Positions 57,286 through 64,000 of a DNA stretch of 64,000 nt are shown piece by piece. Below the pieces are notes generated by a model. That model was not told where the DNA came from, did not search any database, and was given only the letters and a program-made list of their open reading frames with translations. Both the position numbers and the translations under genes were made by a program. The stretch's first letter is position 1. Every line of letters starts with the position of its first letter. Source of the stretch: Abditibacteriota bacterium (lineage in GTDB: Bacteria > Armatimonadota > UBA5829); contig JAFZNQ010000101.1 in the NCBI GenBank assembly GCA_017552965.1, positions 1,899 to 65,898 of the forward strand, read 5' to 3'.

Positions 57286-57879
57286 TTACAGACTGGCGGG
57301 CAGCTTGGCCAGCACGTCCTCTGTGACGTCAACGCCGCCGTAGAGCACGGCAGACTTCAGGACTATGACGGACAGCTTCTTTTCTGCCGCCACTGCCTCG
57401 CAGGCCTTGGCGATCTGAGCGTCCAGAGCCGCCTGCTTGGCCATGAAGAGCTCCTCCATGGTCTTGGTCATGGATTCCTTCACGTTCTCCAGGTTCGCAG
57501 CGCTCTTCTTCTGCATCTGGCTCAGCTCGTCTATGCGCTTTTTCTGCTCGTCACTGGGAGGATTGGCCTGAGACAGAGTGGTGTATTCGGCCTCTCTCTT
57601 TTTGTTCTCGTCCTGCAGCTCCTTGACTCTGGCGCCGGAGGCGTTCTTGGCAGACTCGCTGATGAGCTCGGACACCTCGTTTTCGGTGAGGAAAGGATTG
57701 TTCGTCCGGAGGGCCAGCTCACGTCTGACGTTCTGATCCGCCTCGCCCAGCTCGGCCATCAGGCTCTTGAAAAGAGGAGTGTCCTGCACCTTTTCTTCGT
57801 CAAACTTTCCTATGGTCTGACCCACAGCCGCGGCGGCGGCAAAGGCGAGCAGCAACACTGTGACAATGATCTTTTTCAT
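57286..57879 (-). CDS. skp: Periplasmic chaperone Skp (OmpH)
   Basis: Signal peptide MKKIIVTVLLLAFAAAAAVG, coiled-coil OmpH body. AGGAG RBS at the 57879 ATG. Confidence 0.8.
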   Translation of the reverse strand: MKKIIVTVLLLAFAAAAAVGQTIGKFDEEKVQDTPLFKSLMAELGEADQNVRRELALRTNNPFLTENEVSELISESAKNASGARVKELQDENKKREAEYTTLSQANPPSDEQKKRIDELSQMQKKSAANLENVKESMTKTMEELFMAKQAALDAQIAKACEAVAAEKKLSVIVLKSAVLYGGVDVTEDVLAKLPASL

Positions 57880-57952
57880 GGTTATCTCCTTAGTATACGG
57901 GCCTCTGGAGGCCTTGTCCAAATATTATACGAAAATACGCTGTGATTGGTGT

Positions 57953-60325
57953 CTAAAACATGTGTCCCATGCTGAAATGGGCCTTGTTCCCTTCGTCGCC
58001 GAAGCCCCAGTCAAGCCTCAGGTTGCCTATGGGGGTGTTGAACCGGGCTCCCAGACCGTAGCCGTAATGGCCCTTGAAGGAGTAGTTCTGCTTCAGGTCC
58101 TTGTAGTTGATGGTCTCGCTGGAACCCCAGGCGCTGCCGTAGTCGAAAAAGGCCACCAGGGTAAAGTAGTCCAGTATGGGCTTTCTGTATTCCAGATTGG
58201 CAAACACCATCCTCTTGCCCCAGAACCGGTCCTCGGTGTAGCCTCTCACCGTGTCTGCGCCGCCCACGAAGAACTGTTCGAAGAAGGGCACTGTGCCGGA
58301 TATGACGCCGCCCTTGACCCTCACGGCCACCACGCCTCTCCTGTCCTTGGAGGGATCGCCGGTGTATTCGCCGGGCACCTTGTTGCCGTCGGCGTCGGTC
58401 ACCATGTATCTGGGCGCCCAGAAGTATCTGTATTCACCCTCCACCTTGGTAAAGTTGCCCTTCATGGGCACGTGCTTGAACACGTAGGGATACTCGGTGG
58501 TGGCGTATCTGGAGCCGTCCACGTGGCCGGCCTCCACGCTCACAGCCTGATAGCTGCCCTTGGTGGGAAGAGCGATGTAGTTGCGGGTGTCTCTCGTGAA
58601 TTCCACCGTGGCGGAGGTGGTCTCGCCGTCCTGGATGATCTTCCACAGCTCGTCCTCCCTCAGCAGGTCGGGATTGGTGTTCACGTCGTCGTATTTCAGT
58701 CCCAGAGCCACGGAGCTGTGCTTGCCCATGGGCTTGGTAAAGGTCACCGAGGTGCCCTTGTGCCTTTCGTCGTAGTTGACGTCGCTGCCCAGAGAGCTGG
58801 AGCTGCTCCAGGTGCCCTTGTTGAAGCGGTATATCAGCTTGTTGTAGATGGACAGGGAGGCGGCGATCTTTTTGCCCAGGAGCCAGGGCTCGGTGTAATT
58901 GGCTTCCCAGCTGGCTCCGCCCTTGTAGCCGCTCCTGGTGCCCTGTTCCCACAGGAAGGACACGTTTCTGCCCATGCCCCGGAAGTTGGTGTCGGACACT
59001 CTGACCTGGCCCACCAGCTTCTGGCGGCTGGAATAGCCTACGCCCAGGTTCAGCTGGCCGGTCTTTTTCTCGGTGACGGGTATGGTGATATCGATGACCC
59101 CTTCCTGGTCCTCGGCTTCCTCGTATTCATATCTGCCGATAGTCTCAAAAAAGCCCAGGTTGTACAGGGTCTGATAGTCCTGATTCATGACCTCGGAGTT
59201 GAAGTAGTCTCCGGTCTTGAGGGTCATCTCTCTGGCTATGACGAAGGTCTTGGTCTTCTTGTTGCCGGTGAATTTGATGAGCCCCACTCTATAGACCACG
59301 ATGGGTATATTCACGTCCACGGTGCCCAGATCTCTGGTCTCCACCACCTCGCCGGCCTCGTTTTTCACTTCCTCCACGTTGGGGATGATGACCTCGTCGT
59401 TCACGTCGATGGTGGCGTAGTAGCCCTTCTCGGCGTAGTGCTCCACTATGGCGTGATAGTCGCTGTTGAGATTGACGTCGTTCAGCACGTTGCCCGACCG
59501 GCTCTTCAGCAGAGCCTCCAGTTCCTCCACGGGGAGAGGACCGTTGCCTGTGATGACTATGCGATTGATCTTGGGGTTCTCCACCACGTCATAGGTAAGG
59601 ACTATGCCGGCGGCGGTGGTCTCCTGCTTGTAGGTGACCGCTCCGAAAAAGCCCATGTTGTCCATGGCTTCGATGTCCTTCTGGACCAGTGTCAGATCCC
59701 AGGGATCGCCTATGCGGGTGGTAATGGTGGCCAATATCACGTCTGTATTGATGTTCTGGTTGCCGGTGATGACTATCTGAGCGACTCTCGGGCCGTGGTA
59801 TTCCTCGGCGGGAGCGGCCTCTGCAGGCGCAGCCTCGGCGGGAGCGGCTTCTGCGGGAGCAGCCTCAGCGGGAGCGGCTTCTGCGGGCGCGGCCTCGGCA
59901 GGAGCAGCTTCGGCGGGGGTCTCCTCGGCGGGAGCGGCCTCGGCGGGAGCAGCTTCTGCGGGGGTCTCCTCGGCGGGAGCGGCCTCGGCAGGCGAAGCCT
60001 CGGCGGGAGTCTCTTCTGCAGGCGCAGCCTCGGCAGGGGCCTCCTCGGCGGGGGTCTCTTCCGCAGGCGCGGCTTCGGCGGGCGCCGCCTCGGCAGGAGC
60101 CTCTTCCGCAGGCGCAGCCTCGGCAGGGGCCTCCTCGGCGGGGGTCTCTTCCGCAGGCGCGGCCTCGGCGGGCGCGGCCTCGGCAGGAGCCTCTTCCGCA
60201 GGGGCAGCCTCGGCGGCTGCCGCCTCTGCAGGCGCCGCTTCACCGGGCGCCGCCTCCTGAGAATAACAGAAGCCGGAGACCAGCAGCAGTATAAAAATTA
60301 AGACGTATATTGGATATCTCTTCAT
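57953..60325 (-). CDS. bamA: Outer membrane protein assembly factor BamA with long N-terminal Ala/Pro/Glu repeat
   Basis: Signal peptide, then about 170 aa of (EAAPAEAAPA/ETPAEEAPAE)n, then POTRA domains and a C-terminal 16-strand beta-barrel (terminal ...AHFSMGHMF). GGAG RBS 7 nt upstream of the ATG at 60325. Confidence 0.85.
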   Translation of the reverse strand: MKRYPIYVLIFILLLVSGFCYSQEAAPGEAAPAEAAAAEAAPAEEAPAEAAPAEAAPAEETPAEEAPAEAAPAEEAPAEAAPAEAAPAEETPAEEAPAEAAPAEETPAEASPAEAAPAEETPAEAAPAEAAPAEETPAEAAPAEAAPAEAAPAEAAPAEAAPAEAAPAEAAPAEEYHGPRVAQIVITGNQNINTDVILATITTRIGDPWDLTLVQKDIEAMDNMGFFGAVTYKQETTAAGIVLTYDVVENPKINRIVITGNGPLPVEELEALLKSRSGNVLNDVNLNSDYHAIVEHYAEKGYYATIDVNDEVIIPNVEEVKNEAGEVVETRDLGTVDVNIPIVVYRVGLIKFTGNKKTKTFVIAREMTLKTGDYFNSEVMNQDYQTLYNLGFFETIGRYEYEEAEDQEGVIDITIPVTEKKTGQLNLGVGYSSRQKLVGQVRVSDTNFRGMGRNVSFLWEQGTRSGYKGGASWEANYTEPWLLGKKIAASLSIYNKLIYRFNKGTWSSSSSLGSDVNYDERHKGTSVTFTKPMGKHSSVALGLKYDDVNTNPDLLREDELWKIIQDGETTSATVEFTRDTRNYIALPTKGSYQAVSVEAGHVDGSRYATTEYPYVFKHVPMKGNFTKVEGEYRYFWAPRYMVTDADGNKVPGEYTGDPSKDRRGVVAVRVKGGVISGTVPFFEQFFVGGADTVRGYTEDRFWGKRMVFANLEYRKPILDYFTLVAFFDYGSAWGSSETINYKDLKQNYSFKGHYGYGLGARFNTPIGNLRLDWGFGDEGNKAHFSMGHMF
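59790..60250 (-). repeat. Tandem 30-nt (10-codon) DNA repeats encoding the (AAPAEAAPAE)n low-complexity segment of BamA
   Basis: Visible periodicity: gcctcggcgggagcggc(t/c)tctgc(g/a)gg(a/c)gcagcc repeated about 15 times. Confidence 0.6.
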
Positions 60326-60510
60326 ACGGTACTCCATATAGCCGGATTTATTTCGTGATACACAATTTTATAATACACCAAAACAGGAAAAATATCAAGA
60401 CAAAGCCTTATTTCCCGGGGCCCTTTTCCGCCCCTCGTCCGGGGCCTCTCGTGAGACTTTTTCCCCGATGTGCTATAATAATACTGTAACGACACACAGG
60501 GAGGTTCACA

Positions 60511-61779
60511 GTGAACGTTCTTATAGTAGGAAGCGGCGGCAGAGAGTGCGCCATGGCGCAGAAGTGCTCCGAGAGCCCCCTTCTTTCCCGGCTGTACACC
60601 CTGCCGGGCAACGCCGGCATGGAAAAATATTCCCGGCGTATCAAAGACGTGAAGGCGTCCGACATACCCGGCATAGTCGCCAAGGCCAAAGAGATCGGCG
60701 CCGATCTGGTCATAGTGGGACCCGAGACGCCCCTTATCGCAGGATTGGCCGACGCTCTCGAGGCCGAAAACATCCCCGTGTTCGGCTGCTGCAAATCGGC
60801 GGCCCGCATGGAGGGCAGCAAGAGCTTTGCCAAGAGCATCATGGAAAAATATCACATCCCCACGGCGGCCTGCCGGGTGTTCACCGACTCCGCCGAGGCA
60901 GTGAGCTACATCGACTCCATTGCCGGCGGGGACCCCATAGTCGTGAAGGCAGACGGCGAGGCGGCGGGCAAGGGCGTATTCGTGTGTCCCGACCCGGAGG
61001 ACGCCAAAAAGGCGGCCCGCAGCATGCTGGACGACAGGCTCTTCGGCGATTCGGGCAGCCGCATCATCATAGAAGAATATCTGGACGGTCCCGAGACCAC
61101 AGTGCTGTCCTTTGTGGACGGCGACGCCTTCGTGGTCATGCCTCCCTCCCAGGATCACAAGAGAGCCTTTGACGGAGACCAAGGGCCCAACACGGGCGGC
61201 ATGGGCGTCTATTCCCCGGTGCCCGCCTACACCCCGGAGATATCCGCATTTGTCAATGAGCGCATCATAGGCGCCACCCTCCGGGCCCTGAAGGCCGAGG
61301 GCATCTGCTACAGGGGCGTGCTCTACACGGGCCTGGCCCTGACCTCCAAAGGCCCCAAGGTAGTGGAGTTCAACGTGCGCTTCGGCGACCCCGAGACCCA
61401 GGTGATACTGCCTCTGATGACCGGCGACTTTCTGGAGGCCTGCCTGCTGACAGCCACCGGCAGACTGAAGGAAGCCCGCATCACCTTTGCCGACAAAAAA
61501 GCCGTGTCCGTGGTCATGGCCTCCGGCGGCTATCCCGGCAGCTACGAGAAGGGCAAGCCCATCACCGGCATAGAGGAGGCGGAAAAGACCGCCCTGGTCT
61601 ATCACGCCGGCACAGAGATCGCGGGCGGCCGGATCTGCACCTCCGGCGGCAGAGTGCTGAACGTCACCTGCCTGGGAGACACCTTTGACCAATGCATCGA
61701 AGACGTGTACAAGGCCGTGGGCAAGATCAGCTTTGACAAGTGCTTCTACCGCAAGGACATAGCCTGGCGGGTGAGATGA
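60511..61779 (+). CDS. purD: Phosphoribosylamine--glycine ligase PurD
   Basis: 422 aa ATP-grasp, start MNVLIVGSGGRE... GTG start with GGGAGG RBS. Confidence 0.9.
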   Translation: MNVLIVGSGGRECAMAQKCSESPLLSRLYTLPGNAGMEKYSRRIKDVKASDIPGIVAKAKEIGADLVIVGPETPLIAGLADALEAENIPVFGCCKSAARMEGSKSFAKSIMEKYHIPTAACRVFTDSAEAVSYIDSIAGGDPIVVKADGEAAGKGVFVCPDPEDAKKAARSMLDDRLFGDSGSRIIIEEYLDGPETTVLSFVDGDAFVVMPPSQDHKRAFDGDQGPNTGGMGVYSPVPAYTPEISAFVNERIIGATLRALKAEGICYRGVLYTGLALTSKGPKVVEFNVRFGDPETQVILPLMTGDFLEACLLTATGRLKEARITFADKKAVSVVMASGGYPGSYEKGKPITGIEEAEKTALVYHAGTEIAGGRICTSGGRVLNVTCLGDTFDQCIEDVYKAVGKISFDKCFYRKDIAWRVR

Positions 61780-61792
61780 CGGAATATGCGCT

Positions 61793-61830
61793 GCAGGGCG
61801 GCCCAGACGGGACCGCCCTGCAGTTTTTTG
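61793..61830 (+). terminator. Intrinsic terminator of purD
   Basis: GCAGGGCGGcccagacgggaCCGCCCTGC + TTTTTTG. Confidence 0.55.
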
Positions 61831-62133
61831 CGCGCCATCCCGCGTCATCCCGGAGACAGCTCCAACCCCCGCGTCATCCCGGCCGCCAATTCAGACGTCA
61901 TCCCGGCCCCCCTTCCTCGGGGCCCCCTCCCACCCCGGGCCGGTCCGTGGCCGTGGCTCGCGGTCCTGTCAAAGGAGACTTCTTACCGGTGAGGGCCTGA
62001 GAAGCCCTCACCGCCGAAGTGACGTTTGATTTGGACGGGACAAAAGCAGCACACCCGCCGAAGGATCGGCGGGAGCGTCTGTCCGGATGCGTCCGGGGAA
62101 ATGCTTATATATTCTGAAGGGCGGCCCGGCGCC

Positions 62134-62814
62134 TTACAGCAGGTAGTCCGCGTATTTGATCTTCAGCTTGGCCTCGTGCTGGGCAAAGGCCAGCCTGATG
62201 AGCTGGCTGGCGTCGTCCTTGGTCAGCCGGTTCATATTCAGCTGCAGGTCAAAGGGAAAGGTGTCCACCTTGTCCTTGCCAAAGGCCTTCACCAAAAAGT
62301 TCCTTCTGTCCCGGTCGGCGACCTTCAGGCTCTTTTCGGCTTCTTCGCGGGTCATATTCTCAAACTTGATCATATTCTCCGTCCGCACGCCAAAGGGCGC
62401 GTCTATCCTGACGTGCAGGGCGTTGGGCACGATGAAGTTGGCGCCGCGGCCTATGATGATGGCCTTGTTGGCCGCGCATATGGCCCAGATGGTGCGGGCC
62501 AGCTGCCGGGTATAGACCATGCCGCCCAGAGTGGTGTCTCCAAACAGGCTGTATGCGTAGGACGAGGCTTCGTCAAGGTGCTTTTCGTCTATCACCCTGA
62601 AGATCTCCTTTTGTATATTGGCGTCCTTGGCCAGGGACAGCAGCAGATTGCGGTCCCACACGGTCCAGCCCATATCCTCCGCCAGCCTCTGAGCCACGAT
62701 GGACGCGCCGCTGCCGGTGGTCCTGGAGATAGTGATGATCTTCAGATTGGCGGGGTTAAAGTTCAGCTCTTCGCTGTTTTTCAGTATGCTCTTGGTGTCG
62801 ATGGTGTCCGTCAT
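62134..62814 (-). CDS. Cytidylate kinase-like family P-loop protein
   Basis: 226 aa with Walker A SRTTGSGAS and the overall CMPK-like (PF13189-type) architecture. Confidence 0.6.
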   Translation of the reverse strand: MTDTIDTKSILKNSEELNFNPANLKIITISRTTGSGASIVAQRLAEDMGWTVWDRNLLLSLAKDANIQKEIFRVIDEKHLDEASSYAYSLFGDTTLGGMVYTRQLARTIWAICAANKAIIIGRGANFIVPNALHVRIDAPFGVRTENMIKFENMTREEAEKSLKVADRDRRNFLVKAFGKDKVDTFPFDLQLNMNRLTKDDASQLIRLAFAQHEAKLKIKYADYLL

Positions 62815-62827
62815 AAGCGGCCTCCCC

Positions 62828-63724
62828 TCAATTGATCCAGCCTTTCAGCCAGCGCTCCAGCCTTTCGGGAGGCACTTCTCCCTCATAGACTGTGGCGGCG
62901 GGCCCGGTCATATACACGTTGCCGTCCTCGGCCCATTCTATCTGCAGGTCGCCGCCGGCGAGATGCAGGTTCACCTTGCGTTCGGTCCTGCCGTTGAGTA
63001 TGGCCGCCACGGCGGAAGCGCAGGCTCCTGTGCCGCAGGCCAGGGTCTCGGCGGCACCTCTCTCCCAGACCCTCATGAACACGTTGTCCCTGTCGGGGAT
63101 CTGTACAAATTCCACGTTGGTCTTTTTGGGAAACAGGCTGTGCCGTTCCAGGGCGGGTCCCCACTCTGTCAGGCGGATGTCGTTGATGTCGTCCACTATG
63201 GTGACGCAGTGAGGGTTGCCCATGTTGACGCAGGTCACGGCAAATTCTCTGCCGCAGGCCTCCACGGGGAAGCCCAGGACCTTGTCGGCCTCCGGGGTGC
63301 CGGCAAAGGGTATCTCTTTTGCTGACAGACGGGGAGCGCCCATGTTCACTCTGACGGAGCGGCAGACGCCCTCCGCCACGTCGAGATCCACGTATTTGAT
63401 CCCGGCCAGGGTCTCCACCGACAGACGGGTAGAAGTTGACATTCCGCAGTCATATATATATTTGGCAAAGGTCCTGATACCGTTGCCGCACATCTCCGCC
63501 TCAGTGCCGTCCGGATTGAACATCCTCATGCGGAAATCGCATATCACCGAGGGATACACCAGTATGGTGCCGTCGCTGCCTATGCCGAAATGCCTGTCGC
63601 AGGCTCCCCGGGCGATATTGCTCTGCTCCGAGTCGGAAAAGTGGCGCTCGGTGCAGTCTATTACGACAAAATCATTGCCTATGCCGTGCATCTTCACGAA
63701 TTTGAGTCCGGATGCGCAGCTCAT
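62828..63724 (-). CDS. dapF: Diaminopimelate epimerase DapF
   Basis: FVKMHGIGNDFVV N-terminal motif and both catalytic Cys regions (MFNPDGTEAEMCGNG; ETLACGTGACA). Start at the ATG at 63724 (GGAG RBS), 1 nt after the hfq stop. Confidence 0.85.
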   Translation of the reverse strand: MSCASGLKFVKMHGIGNDFVVIDCTERHFSDSEQSNIARGACDRHFGIGSDGTILVYPSVICDFRMRMFNPDGTEAEMCGNGIRTFAKYIYDCGMSTSTRLSVETLAGIKYVDLDVAEGVCRSVRVNMGAPRLSAKEIPFAGTPEADKVLGFPVEACGREFAVTCVNMGNPHCVTIVDDINDIRLTEWGPALERHSLFPKKTNVEFVQIPDRDNVFMRVWERGAAETLACGTGACASAVAAILNGRTERKVNLHLAGGDLQIEWAEDGNVYMTGPAATVYEGEVPPERLERWLKGWIN

Positions 63725-63725
63725 A

Positions 63726-64000
63726 TTATTCTCCGCAGCCTTCCTTGGCTTCGCAGCAGCCCTCTCCGGCCTCTCCGCCTTCCTTGCATTCCTTGCCTTC
63801 GTCACAGCAGCAGGGCTCGTTGAGTCCGGTGATGTTTTCCTTGGGCACCACGGACACGATGGCGTGCTTGTACACCAGAGTCCAGGGCTTGCCCGGCATC
63901 TGTTCGAGGATCACGGTAAATACGTCAAAGCCCTTGACCAGTCCCTTCAGGGATACGCCGTTCTGCAAAAAAATAGTGACGGGAATCTTTTCTTTTCTCG
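63726..64000 (-). CDS. hfq: RNA chaperone Hfq with Cys-rich C-terminal extension (5' end beyond window)
   Basis: In-frame translation continues upstream of the track ORF: ...[48 protein letters not shown] matches the Hfq Sm1/Sm2 motifs (YKHAI). C-terminal tail [30 protein letters not shown]. Confidence 0.75.
   Translation of the reverse strand, partial: RKEKIPVTIFLQNGVSLKGLVKGFDVFTVILEQMPGKPWTLVYKHAIVSVVPKENITGLNEPCCCDEGKECKEGGEAGEGCCEAKEGCGE

Noticed and set aside
57860-60301. 813-aa plus-strand ORF opposite bamA
   Set aside because: It is antisense to bamA, including the repeat region. The translated Gly/Arg/Leu-rich repeats are a mirror of the PAE repeats and not a real gene.
1-64000. 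CRISPR arrays, transposases, integrases, prophage or defence systems
   Set aside because: No direct-repeat/spacer periodicity was seen. There were no DDE, tyrosine or serine recombinase-like ORFs, and no nuclease/helicase/ATPase defence-type gene sets. The only tandem DNA repeats are coding (the bamA PAE repeat) or the short CGTCATCCCGG triplet.

Overview
This 64 kb window is high-GC (roughly 60%) chromosomal DNA from an anaerobic, diderm (LPS-producing) bacterium. Gene content (rubrerythrin, many glycoside hydrolases, a full lipid A/Kdo/heptose/BamA cluster) is compatible with a PVC-type or similar anaerobe, but I cannot place the lineage from sequence alone. Almost all genes lie on the minus strand in long translationally coupled arrays, many with ATGA/GTGA stop-start overlaps.

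Read minus-strand 5' to 3' from high to low coordinates, the content is:
- hfq (5' end cut by the window edge, with an unusual Cys-rich tail), dapF, a cytidylate-kinase-like P-loop protein, and a plus-strand purD.
- An outer-membrane/LPS cluster: bamA (with a ~170 aa Ala/Pro/Glu 10-mer repeat), skp, a hypothetical membrane protein, lpxD, lpxC, fabZ, lpxA, lpxB, msbA, a waaA-lpxK fusion and a GT9 heptosyltransferase.
- trmFO, two secreted hypotheticals, rqcH (NFACT family), tandem M20 peptidases and a conserved hypothetical protein.
- A roughly 365 nt transcription unit with a perfect sigma70 promoter and an intrinsic terminator but no ORF: a candidate structured ncRNA that I could not assign to tmRNA, RNase P, SRP or 6S by eye.
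- A membrane HD-GYP phosphodiesterase, and a truncated, probably inactive GH2-like protein on the plus strand.
- An AMP-dependent acyl-CoA ligase, a short MscS-like channel, a sialate-O-acetylesterase-like protein, a GH3 beta-glucosidase, rubrerythrin, and two tandem paralogous membrane J-domain proteins on the plus strand.
- A sugar ABC importer whose binding protein is fused to a permease, with a second permease but no ATPase in the window, followed in the same coupled operon by a TtcA-like PP-loop ATPase, an NMT1-like binding protein, a Cache-HAMP-PP2C sensor phosphatase and an ABC-F ATPase.
- rpoZ, dnaJ-prmA, valS, two small hypotheticals, larB, a GGDEF protein with a GGEEM motif, a beta-helix pectate-lyase-like protein and a secreted hypothetical.
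- A tRNA-Lys/Leu/Gly cluster driven by three tandem near-consensus promoters, then tig, clpP, clpX, a sugar nucleotidyltransferase and a transketolase gene truncated by the window edge (its 5' portion lies in the window).

No CRISPR arrays, transposases, integrases or clear defence genes were seen. The many long plus-strand ORFs opposite real genes are high-GC antisense artefacts. The most interesting candidates are the unassigned ncRNA locus beside the HD-GYP gene, the tandem membrane J-domain paralogs, the Cys-tailed Hfq, and the unusual sugar-transport/tRNA-thiolation/sensor-phosphatase operon.
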